64,000 nt of DNA from an uncultured Gammaproteobacteria bacterium. GTDB lineage: Bacteria; Pseudomonadota; Gammaproteobacteria; DRLM01. Location of the stretch: the NCBI GenBank assembly GCA_963729605.1, contig CAVSNY010000003.1:96001-160000 (forward strand), read 5' to 3'. The translations under genes and the position numbers were made by a program. The notes below the pieces were generated by a model that had not been told where the DNA came from, made no database searches, and saw only the letters and a program-made list of their open reading frames with translations. Below are positions 33,611 through 43,034 of this stretch, in pieces. Each line of letters opens with the position of its first letter. Within the stretch, counting starts at the first letter, position 1.

Positions 33611-34057
33611 ATGGCACTGGCAACGTATGACCCCTTCGCATTGATGAATCAATTGCAGAAAGAAGTGAATCGCCTGTTCGATTCCCGCATCGACGACGGG
33701 CGCGGAGAACACGGCGCCGCCGTCACCAGCGACTGGGTACCCCTGGTCGATGTGCAGGAAGAGGCCGAGCGTTATGTGATCTACGCCGACATTCCCGGCG
33801 TCGAGCTGCCGGATATCGACATCACCATGGAAAACGCCGTGTTGATCATCCGCGGCAAACGCGCTGAACAAACGGCCCCCGCCGGCAACGGCTACAAACG
33901 CCGCGAACGGCCGAGCGGCCTGTTTTATCGCCGCTTCGTCATGCCCGACACCGCCGACGCCGAGGGCATCACCGCCCAGGCCAAACACGGCGTGCTGCAA
34001 ATCGTCATCCCCAAACGGCAAAAGGCCGTGGCGCGGCGTATTCAAATAGAAGGCTGA
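33611..34057 (+). CDS. Hsp20/alpha-crystallin small heat-shock protein
   Basis: WVPLVDV, DIPGV, FYRRFVMP, HGVLQIVIPK. Confidence 0.95.
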   Translation: MALATYDPFALMNQLQKEVNRLFDSRIDDGRGEHGAAVTSDWVPLVDVQEEAERYVIYADIPGVELPDIDITMENAVLIIRGKRAEQTAPAGNGYKRRERPSGLFYRRFVMPDTADAEGITAQAKHGVLQIVIPKRQKAVARRIQIEG

Positions 34058-34330
34058 ACTCGGCGCACTCATCCCCCGGCTTTGCCGGGGGATTTGTCGT
34101 GGACGTCCGTCAGCGCCTTAATTTCCCGCCTATCGCCGAGTCGGCGGACGGCGTGTTCTATTTTTAAATTAACGATAGCGGACCTGGATAGCAGTATGGG
34201 ACTCGCCCTGGTATCCCTATCGCCCTTTGCAAGGCCGGCGACGGCCGGGGAAGTCACGGCGAGTTTCGCGCAAGTGGCGAAACATGATGATCGGCGGCCG
34301 TAACAGCAGGCGAGTAGATTGGCTTCGAAC

Positions 34331-34364
34331 AAAAAGGATGCCCCCGCGGGAGCGTCCTTTTTTA
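34331..34364. terminator. Intrinsic terminator for acs (bidirectional)
   Basis: AAAAAGGATGC..GCGTCCTTTTT. Confidence 0.8.
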
Positions 34365-34375
34365 TGGGCGGACGT

Positions 34376-36343
34376 TTATTGTTTGCCTTGCAGCTGCAAG
34401 AGGATCGCTTCGTTTTCCAAGGTGGACGTGTCTTGGGTGATGGCTTCGCCGGCCGCGATGCTGCGCAGCAGGCGCCGCATGATTTTTCCTGAACGCGTTT
34501 TCGGCAGATTGTCCGCGTAGCGAATGTCGTCCGGTTTGGCGATGGCGCCGATTTGTTCCGCCACCCAGGCGCGCAATTCGGCGGTTAATGCCTCGTCGAC
34601 GCCGCCGGCGGGGCGTTCGCCCTTCAAGACCACATAGGCGAAGATCGCCTCGCCCTTGATCTCATCGGGCCGGCCGACCACCGCCGCTTCGGCGACGCGC
34701 GGATGCGCGACCAGGGCCGATTCCACTTCCATGGTGCCGAGACGATGGCCGGAGACGTTGAGCACGTCGTCGATGCGGCCCATGATCCAGAAGTAACCGT
34801 CGCGGTCACGGCGCGCGCTGTCGCCGGCCAGATAATACCGGCCGCCGAACTTGCCCCAATAGGTTTGGACGTAACGCGCGTGATCGCCCCAAATCGTGCG
34901 CAACATGGACGGCCAGGGTTTTTTGATGACGAGATAACCGCCTTTATCCGCTACGGTGATGCTATTGCCTTGTTCGTCGACCACGTCGGCGGCGATGCCG
35001 GGCAAGGGCAGGGTGCAGGAACCGGGTTTGGTCGGCACCGCGCCCGGTATCGGCGCGATCATGTGCGCGCCGGTTTCGGTTTGCCACCAGGTATCGACGA
35101 TGGGGCAGCGTTCGCGGCCGATGACGCGGTGATACCACATCCACGCCTCCGGGTTGATCGGTTCGCCCACGGTGCCGAGCAGACGCAGCGTGGATAAATC
35201 GTAACGGGCGGGGATCGCGTCGCCGTGTTTCATGAGCGCGCGGATCGCGGTGGGCGCGGTATAAAAAATCGTGACGCGGTGGTCTTGGCACAACTTCCAG
35301 AAACGCCCGGTGTCGGGTACGGCGGGCGAGCCTTCGTAGATCACCATGGTGGCGCCGCAGGCGAGCGGGCCGTAAGCGACGTAACTGTGGCCGGTGATCC
35401 AGCCGACATCGGCGGTGCACCAGAATACGTCGTCGTCGCGGATGTCGAACACCCACCGCATGGTGACGATGGCGCCGAGCAGATAACCGGCGCTGGAGTG
35501 CTGTATGCCTTTGGGTTTGCCGGTGGAGCCGGAGGTGTAGAGCAGGAACAAGGGGTGTTCGCTCTCGACCCACACCGGTTCGCATCGCGCGTCTTGATCG
35601 GCGATGGCGTCGGACCACCACACATCGCGGCCCGCTTGCATGGGCACGTCATGACCGCTGCGTTTATACACGATGACCTTTTCGATGCTGGCGCAGCCAT
35701 GACTCAGCGCCTTGTCGGCGGCGGCTTTGAGCTCGACGATTTTACCGCCGCGATGGCCACCGTCGGCGGTGATGAGCAACTTCGCGCCGGCGTCTTCGAT
35801 GCGGTCTTTCAGCGACTCGGCGGAGAAGCCGCCGAACACCACCGAGTGGATCGCGCCGATCCGCGCGCAGGCCTGCATGGCGATCACCGCCTCGGGGATC
35901 ATCGGCATGTAGATCACCACCCGGTCGCCCTTGACCACGCCTTGCGCCTTCAGCGCGTTGGCGAAGCGGCAGACTTGTTGATGCAATTCCGCGTAGCTGA
36001 TGCGGAGGGTGTCGCCTTGTTCGCCTTCGAAAATGATCGCGGTTTTAGCGCCATGTTCGGCCAATTGGCGGTCCAGGCAATTGTAAGACACATTCAAGGT
36101 GCCTTCCGTGAACCACTGATAACGCGGCGCGGCGCTGCTGTCGAGGCTGGTTTGAAACGGGCTGCGCCAGCTCAGTTCTTTGCGCGCGAGATCGGCCCAA
36201 AAGCCGGTGTGGTCGGCGGCGGCGTGTTCGCGCAGGGCGGCGAGTTCCTCGGCGGATCGGATGCGGGCGCGTTGGGTGAAGGCGGGAGACGGGGCAAACT
36301 GACGTTCTTCCTGCAAAATGGAATCAATGTTGTCGTTGCTCAT
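34376..36343 (-). CDS. acs: Acetyl-CoA synthetase
   Basis: [32 protein letters not shown]. Confidence 0.97.
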   Translation of the reverse strand: MSNDNIDSILQEERQFAPSPAFTQRARIRSAEELAALREHAAADHTGFWADLARKELSWRSPFQTSLDSSAAPRYQWFTEGTLNVSYNCLDRQLAEHGAKTAIIFEGEQGDTLRISYAELHQQVCRFANALKAQGVVKGDRVVIYMPMIPEAVIAMQACARIGAIHSVVFGGFSAESLKDRIEDAGAKLLITADGGHRGGKIVELKAAADKALSHGCASIEKVIVYKRSGHDVPMQAGRDVWWSDAIADQDARCEPVWVESEHPLFLLYTSGSTGKPKGIQHSSAGYLLGAIVTMRWVFDIRDDDVFWCTADVGWITGHSYVAYGPLACGATMVIYEGSPAVPDTGRFWKLCQDHRVTIFYTAPTAIRALMKHGDAIPARYDLSTLRLLGTVGEPINPEAWMWYHRVIGRERCPIVDTWWQTETGAHMIAPIPGAVPTKPGSCTLPLPGIAADVVDEQGNSITVADKGGYLVIKKPWPSMLRTIWGDHARYVQTYWGKFGGRYYLAGDSARRDRDGYFWIMGRIDDVLNVSGHRLGTMEVESALVAHPRVAEAAVVGRPDEIKGEAIFAYVVLKGERPAGGVDEALTAELRAWVAEQIGAIAKPDDIRYADNLPKTRSGKIMRRLLRSIAAGEAITQDTSTLENEAILLQLQGKQ

Positions 36344-36674
36344 GGGGTCTCCCGAACTGGCTGTGCGATGGGTTCGTGCTGAACGCACATGTTACTAGAA
36401 CCTAGCTCGAAATTAGAATATATATCCCAAGCTGGACTGAAGCGTATTCCCCTCTCCCGCAGAATCCGCGAACAAGCGCGAAGCGCCTAGCGCCGCGTAG
36501 GGCGGGCGGGTGAAACGATAGATGAAGCGGCGGGCGATGCGCAGCGCCCTATTGCAGGGGCGCCCATGACGAAAACCGCCACCCCGTGACGGCATGGGGG
36601 CAATTTCAAATCGAGTGCGAGTGGTGGGAAGACCCGGCTCGCCAGGCGGCGAACCGGCCATTTGGAGACGAAGC

Positions 36675-37277
36675 TCAATCGCCCAATTGTTTTTCGCGGA
36701 TCTCGTCCAGGGTTTTACAGTCGATGCACAAGGTGGCGGTGGGACGCGCCTCGAGACGGCGGATGCCGATCTCCACGCCGCAGCTTTCGCATTCGCCGTA
36801 TTCATTGGCTTCCAAACGCGCCAGCGCCTCGTCGATCTTCTTGATGAGTTTGCGTTCGCGATCGCGCGCGCGCAATTCCAAGGTGAAGTCCGACTCTTGC
36901 GAGGCGCGGTCGTTGGGATCGGGAAAGTTGGCCGCTTCGTCCTGCATGTAATGCATGGTGCGATCCACTTCTTCCATCAGGTCCCGTTTCCACGCATGGA
37001 GGATGCCGCGGAAGTGGGCCACTTGCTGCTCGTTCATGTACTCCTCGTCCTTCTTGATCGGATAGGGCTTGAAGTCTTTGAACGAGGTATTCAAGGAACC
37101 GGCGGGTGTCACCGCTTTGGGCGCGGCGGCCGGGCTGGCGCTTTTACTTTTGGTGCTGGCGGCAGGCGTGGTCTTTTGCGGCGCGGCTTTTTTCACGGCC
37201 GGTTTGGGTTGAGGCGAGGCCTTTTTATTGCCCTTGGGGGCGGTCGCTTTGGCGCTCGCTTTTTTCGTAGCTGGCAT
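36675..37277 (-). CDS. dksA: RNA polymerase-binding factor DksA with a K/A/P-rich N-terminal extension
   Basis: [22 protein letters not shown] zinc finger. Confidence 0.95.
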   Translation of the reverse strand: MPATKKASAKATAPKGNKKASPQPKPAVKKAAPQKTTPAASTKSKSASPAAAPKAVTPAGSLNTSFKDFKPYPIKKDEEYMNEQQVAHFRGILHAWKRDLMEEVDRTMHYMQDEAANFPDPNDRASQESDFTLELRARDRERKLIKKIDEALARLEANEYGECESCGVEIGIRRLEARPTATLCIDCKTLDEIREKQLGD

Positions 37278-37461
37278 GCTTGGCGTCTCCTGCCTGAGAT
37301 AAAGCTCGTTTCTATACCAAAACCCTAGTGTGGACGCAACAACTGTTTATGACGGGCTTAGGGGAAGCCGGCCCCAACTTACCCCGATTGCCGCGGAGGT
37401 GTGCGTCGCCCGGCTATGATAGCATATTGAACTGGCGTTAATTTTTAATGGGTAGAGCGGT

Positions 37462-38268
37462 ATGAGCAATGATTTGCAAGCGGTGATTTTCGACGTGGAC
37501 GGCACCTTGGCCGACACGGAATTACACGGCCACAGGGTGGCCTTCAACCAGGCCTTCGCGGAGGCCGGTTTGGATTGGACATGGTCTCCCGCGCTGTATG
37601 GTGAACTGCTGAAGGTGACCGGCGGCAAAGAACGGATTCGTCGTTACATCGACGAATATGTGCCGGGCTTCAGCGGCCCCGCCGATTTGGACGGTTTCAT
37701 CGCCGGCCTGCACCGCGCCAAGAACGGCCACTACGCCGCGCTGGCCGCCGCGGGTGAAATTCCCTTGCGGCCGGGCGTGCGGCGTTTGCTGGACGAGGCG
37801 CGCGCGGCGGGTCTGCGGCTGGCCATCGCCACGACGACCTCCTTCGAAAACGTCGAGGCCTTGTTGACCCACGCCCTGGCCGCCGACGCCATGAACTGGT
37901 TTGAAGTGATAGCCGCCGGGGATGTGGTGCCGGCCAAAAAACCCGCGCCGGACATCTATCACTACACCCTGCGTGAGCTGGGTCTGCCGGCCTCGGCCTG
38001 CCTGGCCCTGGAGGATTCGGCCAACGGCCTGCGTTCCGCGCTGGCGGCGGCGATACCCACGCTGGTCACCGTTTGTGATTATACGCGGCAGGATCATTTC
38101 GGCGGCGCGGCGCTGGTGGTGGATCAACTCGGCGAGCCGGGTCAGCCGTTCAATCTGATCGACGGCGAATGGGACGACACCTCGGCGGCCTGGATCGACG
38201 TGGCGGCCTTGCGGCGCATCCATCGCCGCGCCGCGCAGGGCGGCGACTTCCGGCAGGCGGCGCGGTGA
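37462..38268 (+). CDS. cbbY: CbbY-like HAD phosphatase
   Basis: FDVDGTLADTE..HRVAFN, TGGKERI, KKPAPDIY, EDSANG. Confidence 0.8.
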   Translation: MSNDLQAVIFDVDGTLADTELHGHRVAFNQAFAEAGLDWTWSPALYGELLKVTGGKERIRRYIDEYVPGFSGPADLDGFIAGLHRAKNGHYAALAAAGEIPLRPGVRRLLDEARAAGLRLAIATTTSFENVEALLTHALAADAMNWFEVIAAGDVVPAKKPAPDIYHYTLRELGLPASACLALEDSANGLRSALAAAIPTLVTVCDYTRQDHFGGAALVVDQLGEPGQPFNLIDGEWDDTSAAWIDVAALRRIHRRAAQGGDFRQAAR

Positions 38269-38286
38269 GCGGGCACGGGGCGCGGC

Positions 38287-39468
38287 GTGGCTGAACGGCC
38301 GTCGCCGCTCTCGGCGCGGGCGGCGCAGATCGCGCCGTTCTACGTGATGGAACTGCTGGCGCGGGCGCGGGCCCTGGAGGCGGCGGGGCGTTCCATCGTG
38401 CACATGGAGATCGGTGAGCCCGACTTCGTGACGCCGGCGCCCATCGTCGAGGCGGGCCTGCACGCGCTGCGCGAAGGCCGTACCCATTACACCCCGACGC
38501 TCGGTCTGCCGGCGCTGCGCGAGGCCATCAGCGAATTTTATCGCCAGTGCTACGGGGTGGCCGTGGCGGCGGAGCGCATCATCGTCACGCCCGGTGCGTC
38601 GGGGGCTTTGCAACTCGCTTTGGCGGTGCTGGTCGACCCCGGCCGCGAGGTGCTGATCGCCGATCCGGGTTATCCCTCCAACCGTCACCTGGTGCGTCTG
38701 TTCGACGGCAAGGCGGTGGGTCTGCCGGTCGGCGCCGGGCAGCACTTCCAATTGACCGCCGCGCAGATCGCCGCGGCCTGGACGCCTGACAGCGTGGCGG
38801 TCTTGCTGGCCTCGCCGTCGAACCCCACCGGCACCTTGGTCGCCGATGAACAGTTGGCCCGGATCATTTCCGAGGTCGAGACGCGGGGCGGCCGGGTCAT
38901 CGTCGACGAGATTTATCAAGGGCTGGTCTACGGCGACGCCGCGTCCAGCACCGCCTTGGCCTTGTCCAGCGAAGTCTTCGTCGTCAACAGCTTCTCCAAA
39001 TACTTCGGCATGACCGGTTGGCGTGTGGGTTGGCTGGTGGCGCCCGAGGAATACGTGCCGGCGCTGGATCGGCTGGCGCAGAATATGTTTCTGGCCGCCT
39101 CGACCCCGGCGCAATATGCGGCCCTGGCGGCGTTCCGGCCCGAGACCCTGGCGATATTGGAGACGCGGCGGCGGGAATTCGCGCGGCGCCGCGACTATCT
39201 CATCCCGGCCCTCCGCGAATTGGGTTTCGACATCCCCGTCGTGCCCGGCGGCGCGTTTTATGTCTATGCCGACTGCCGAAGATTCACCGACGACAGCTTC
39301 GCCTTCGCCATGGCGCTGCTGGAAAAGGCCGGGGTGTGCATCACCCCCGGTCTGGATTTCGGCACGCACCAGCCCGCCCGTTATTTGCGTTTCGCCTACA
39401 CCACCTCGTTTGAACAATTGCAGGAAGGCGTGCGGCGTTTGCGGGGCTATCTGTCCGCGCGGCCTTGA
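38287..39468 (+). CDS. PLP-dependent class I/II aminotransferase
   Basis: IGEPDF, SPSNPTG, DEIY, SFSKYFGMTGWRVG. Confidence 0.92.
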   Translation: MAERPSPLSARAAQIAPFYVMELLARARALEAAGRSIVHMEIGEPDFVTPAPIVEAGLHALREGRTHYTPTLGLPALREAISEFYRQCYGVAVAAERIIVTPGASGALQLALAVLVDPGREVLIADPGYPSNRHLVRLFDGKAVGLPVGAGQHFQLTAAQIAAAWTPDSVAVLLASPSNPTGTLVADEQLARIISEVETRGGRVIVDEIYQGLVYGDAASSTALALSSEVFVVNSFSKYFGMTGWRVGWLVAPEEYVPALDRLAQNMFLAASTPAQYAALAAFRPETLAILETRRREFARRRDYLIPALRELGFDIPVVPGGAFYVYADCRRFTDDSFAFAMALLEKAGVCITPGLDFGTHQPARYLRFAYTTSFEQLQEGVRRLRGYLSARP

Positions 39469-39546
39469 GCGCCTTGTGAAAAACGCAGAAAAATTTGTCG
39501 CTCATGGCGAGCGCGGGTGTCGTGGCTATCTCTTCAGGCAGCCCGC

Positions 39547-39578
39547 GTAGGATGCGGTGAATGCAATGAACCCGCATC
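39547..39578 (+). repeat. GTAG-type REP palindrome (second subfamily)
   Basis: GTAGGATGCGGTGAATGCAATGAACCCGCATC; related to 59112-59150. Confidence 0.65.
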
Positions 39579-39869
39579 GATCGCGAGAGGCGAGAGTGAG
39601 GAAAAGAGCAACCCTTCAATAGCTGGTATCGCCGTGCTCGTATAAGGGGAGCCAGCCCAATTTGAGTTCGGATCGGGCCTGATCAGCCAGATCTCGGTAG
39701 TTCTCTGGAGAGGGAAATTATCGCGGCGGTTTTTTGAATCCCCCACGTCGTGTATCCACCCCGTCGGCGCCTCCTCCGCACTAGTGAGTGCGCATCACCG
39801 CCGCGCCGATCAAGAAACACCTCCGCGCGTCGATCAATGTGATGGGACTACACAACAGGTGATCAGCGC

Positions 39870-41036
39870 GTGGCGGAGAGCATCATCAAGCTGGACGATG
39901 AGCGGCGTAATTTGGCCGCTGCCGGCGGCGAACAACCGCGGAGCGGGATGGCCATACCCTGGACGATATTCGATGGCGAGCGCCGTTTGCTGTTGCGCAA
40001 GGGCGCGCCGATCCCGTCGGACACGCCTCTCCGCGAGCTGCTGGCGCATGCCGTGTATCGCACCGGCGCGGACGGTGAGCGGCCAGTGCGGGACGAGGTT
40101 CATCACGCCGAACAAGACGACGCCAAGACGACATTTTTCGTCATCGCCGAATTGATGGCGCGGCTCAATTCGCTGCTGCACGACATCGTCGACCGCCGTG
40201 CCGCGGCCACGCTGCAAGGGCTGGATCAATTGTCGCTCGCCATTCAAGTGTTGTGCGCGCGGGACGCCGACGCGGCGCTGGCGGCCATCCATCTCGACCC
40301 CGACGGCCGCTACGGCGTGCGGCATCCCATGCACTGCGCCCTGCTGGTGGAATTGGTGGCCTATCGTTTGGGCTATCAGCCGGATCAGCGCAAACAATTC
40401 GTCGCCGCCGCCTTGACCGCCAACGTCGGCATGCTGGAGTTGCAGGAGCGTTTACAACGGCTGGGCCGGATCACCGCCTTGCAGCGCGACGAGATCAATC
40501 AACACCCCGAACACAGTGCCGCGCTGTTGCGGGAAGCGGGCGTGACCAACGAGGATTGGCTGGAGACGGTGTTGCAACACCACGAACGCATGGACGGCGG
40601 CGGTTATCCGCGCGGCTGGGCGGGTGAGCGGATTCACCCCGGCGCGCGCGTGCTCGCCTTGGCGGACATTTATCACGCCAAGATTTCGGAACGCGGCTCG
40701 CGGCCCCCGATGTTGCCCACCCAGGCCCTGCGCCAGATGTTCCTCGGGCAAGACCAGGAAGTCGATCAAACCATGGCCCGGGTATTCATCAAGGAACTGG
40801 GCGTCTATCCGCCCGGCGCCTTCGTGCGTTTGCACAACGGCGAGCTGGCGGTGGTGACCCACCGTGGCCTCGACGGCGTGGTGCCGCGCGTGGCGAGCGT
40901 GATCAGTCCGCGCGGTTCGGCTTATCCGCGGCCGCTGCCGCGCGAGACGTCACGCCGCGAATACGCGGTGCAAGAAACCGCCGAACGCGACGAGTCGATA
41001 TTGGTGACGGATTTATTGCCGCTGTGGGCCGAATGA
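39870..41036 (+). CDS. HD-GYP domain protein, HD motif degenerate
   Basis: HHERMDGGGYPRG, GVYPPG; LTANVGM where LLHDIGK is expected. Confidence 0.85.
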   Translation: MAESIIKLDDERRNLAAAGGEQPRSGMAIPWTIFDGERRLLLRKGAPIPSDTPLRELLAHAVYRTGADGERPVRDEVHHAEQDDAKTTFFVIAELMARLNSLLHDIVDRRAAATLQGLDQLSLAIQVLCARDADAALAAIHLDPDGRYGVRHPMHCALLVELVAYRLGYQPDQRKQFVAAALTANVGMLELQERLQRLGRITALQRDEINQHPEHSAALLREAGVTNEDWLETVLQHHERMDGGGYPRGWAGERIHPGARVLALADIYHAKISERGSRPPMLPTQALRQMFLGQDQEVDQTMARVFIKELGVYPPGAFVRLHNGELAVVTHRGLDGVVPRVASVISPRGSAYPRPLPRETSRREYAVQETAERDESILVTDLLPLWAE

Positions 41037-41130
41037 GGCATTGAGGTAACGCTGGCTTCGCCGGGGACTCATCAGAGTTGGATGTGTGCGTCCGAGTTTG
41101 GTCCGTGCGGCGGCCGCTGTGTGTGATTTT

Positions 41131-41177
41131 CTCCCCTCCTTGTCCCAAGGAGGGGTGGCCCGCAGGGCCGGGGTGGT
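41131..41177 (+). repeat. CTCCCCTCC hairpin element
   Basis: CTCCCCTCCTTGTCCCAAGGAGGGGTGGCCCGCAGGGCCGGGGTGGT; near-copy at 61277. Confidence 0.75.
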
Positions 41178-41361
41178 TGCTCTTTTATGGGTGATGGATT
41201 TATTACCGCTGTGGACCGGATGCGGCATTGAGGTGCGCCCGGCGAGAGAGTTGCCGGTACAGGTTCTGGTGGGGCGTATCAAGATTTGACCTATGTTGCG
41301 GTATTGGATTTATCTCCGGCTTCCTCGCTTCGTCCTTAGGCTCGTCGATTGAATACGTCGC

Positions 41362-42711
41362 TCACCGATCCGCCGCCAGCAAGGCCGCGCCATAAGCCGC
41401 GTCATTGTGAGCCGGCGTGCTGACGGTGACACCCAACGCCCGCTGGCGCAGGCGCGACCACGCCGCATTGCCCGCGCCGCCGCCCACGCTGCGCACCGAA
41501 ATCGGATAAGGCGCGCCCAACTCCGCGAGCAGGCGATACCCCGCCGCCTCGATGGCGGCCATGCCTTCCAGCATCCCTTGAAAAAAGCGTAGCGGGTCGG
41601 CGGGCCGGGGTGTTAGTCGTGGCGCGAGTTGCGGATCGTTCACCGGAAACCGTTCGCCGGGCGCGGGCAGCGGATAATAATCGAGGCCGGTAGGCGCATC
41701 GCTAAGCCGCGGCGTCATGGCATCGAGTTCGGCGCGTGTGAAATGCTGCAACAACACCGCGCCGCCGCTGTTGGAGGCGCCGCCCGCCAGCCAGCGTTCG
41801 CCGAGGCGGTGGCTGTAAATTCCATGTTGCGGAGAAAACACCGGCCGCTCGGCGAGCACCTTCAACACCAGGGTCGAGCCCAACGAGGTAACCGCCTCGC
41901 CCGTTTCATGCGCGCCGGTGGCGAGAAAGGCGGCGATGCTGTCGGTGGTACCGGCCTTCACCCAAGTCTGTTCCGACAGGCCGAGTGCACGCGCGGCGGC
42001 GGGCGCGACCCGGCCGATGGTCGTGCCGGGCGGCACCACCCGCGGCAGCCAATTTATGGGCACACCCAACTGTTCCAGCCACGCCGGCCAGCGCCGTTCG
42101 ATGACGTCGTAGCCCAGCTTGAGACAATTATTTTCATCGCCGCCATCATAGCGGCCGGTCAAACGGCCGGCGATCCATTCCGCTTGATTGAGCACGCGCG
42201 CCGCGCGCGGTTGGTAGTGTGTTTGCAAATGCAGCAGCTTGGCGAGACCGGAAGAGGCACCGTGGGCGCCGCTGGCGGGCGGGGCCACAACCGCGATGCG
42301 GCGCGCCTCGTCTTGCGCCCGGCTGTCGTTGTACATCAGGCCCGGCGTGAGCGGCGTTCCGTCTTCATCGCAGAGCAAGACGCTGCCCGAGGTGCCGTCC
42401 ACCGCCAGCGCCGTTATTCGGGCGAGGGGTAATTGTTCGCCGAGGGCGCGGATCACTTCAGTTACCGCCCGCCACCACAATTCCGGGTCTTGTTCGCAAC
42501 GCGGACCGTCGCGCATCGGCGGTGGCAGGTCCACGCCGGCCTTGCCCACCACCTCCCGCCGCGCGTCGATGACCATCGCCCGGCAACCCGAGGTGCCGAG
42601 GTCGATGCCGAGGAAGAGGGGGGCGGAATGCGGTCCCTGATTTTGAGAATTACCGGCGAGCGTGGCATTCGGCAACCGCCGGGAGAAGTCGCTGGAGTCA
42701 TGCCGGACCAT
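41362..42711 (-). CDS. FGGY carbohydrate kinase (D-ribulose/xylulose kinase-like)
   Basis: GIDLGTSG, GTTDSIAA, LGSTLVLK, GIYSHRLG, GGASNSGG; start uncertain. Confidence 0.85.
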   Translation of the reverse strand: MVRHDSSDFSRRLPNATLAGNSQNQGPHSAPLFLGIDLGTSGCRAMVIDARREVVGKAGVDLPPPMRDGPRCEQDPELWWRAVTEVIRALGEQLPLARITALAVDGTSGSVLLCDEDGTPLTPGLMYNDSRAQDEARRIAVVAPPASGAHGASSGLAKLLHLQTHYQPRAARVLNQAEWIAGRLTGRYDGGDENNCLKLGYDVIERRWPAWLEQLGVPINWLPRVVPPGTTIGRVAPAAARALGLSEQTWVKAGTTDSIAAFLATGAHETGEAVTSLGSTLVLKVLAERPVFSPQHGIYSHRLGERWLAGGASNSGGAVLLQHFTRAELDAMTPRLSDAPTGLDYYPLPAPGERFPVNDPQLAPRLTPRPADPLRFFQGMLEGMAAIEAAGYRLLAELGAPYPISVRSVGGGAGNAAWSRLRQRALGVTVSTPAHNDAAYGAALLAADR

Positions 42712-43034
42712 GCGTCCCTCGATGATAAATTCGTTTCAACGCCTTGGAGGATATGGGACTTTACTGTACATTGCGGAACATTCCCAGCATTTCTACAAAG
42801 GTGCACCATCGCCGACCGCGGGCACCGCTCCATCGCCAGTACGACCGCCCTGGCGGGTGGAGGCTCTGACAACGCGGGAGCCGTTGTCGGCGCGGTGGCG
42901 GTGTTGAGGCGGGGATGGAATTGCGATTCCCGACCAGGAGGGCACTCTTCGGAGGTAAAGAAAAATAATCAGCTAAACACATCAGGACACCGTGCACTAT
43001 CACCGTTTAACCGTTATCACCTGACGAGAAAATA

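Noticed and set aside
39636-39670. Purine or c-di-GMP riboswitch upstream of the HD-GYP gene
   Set aside because: Only CTCGTATAA matches; the remaining conserved core (e.g. TTTCTAC) is absent.
41003-41234. Repeat pair as a diversity-generating retroelement VR/TR
   Set aside because: Mismatches are not confined to adenines of one copy, the repeat is only 45 bp, and no reverse transcriptase is in the window.
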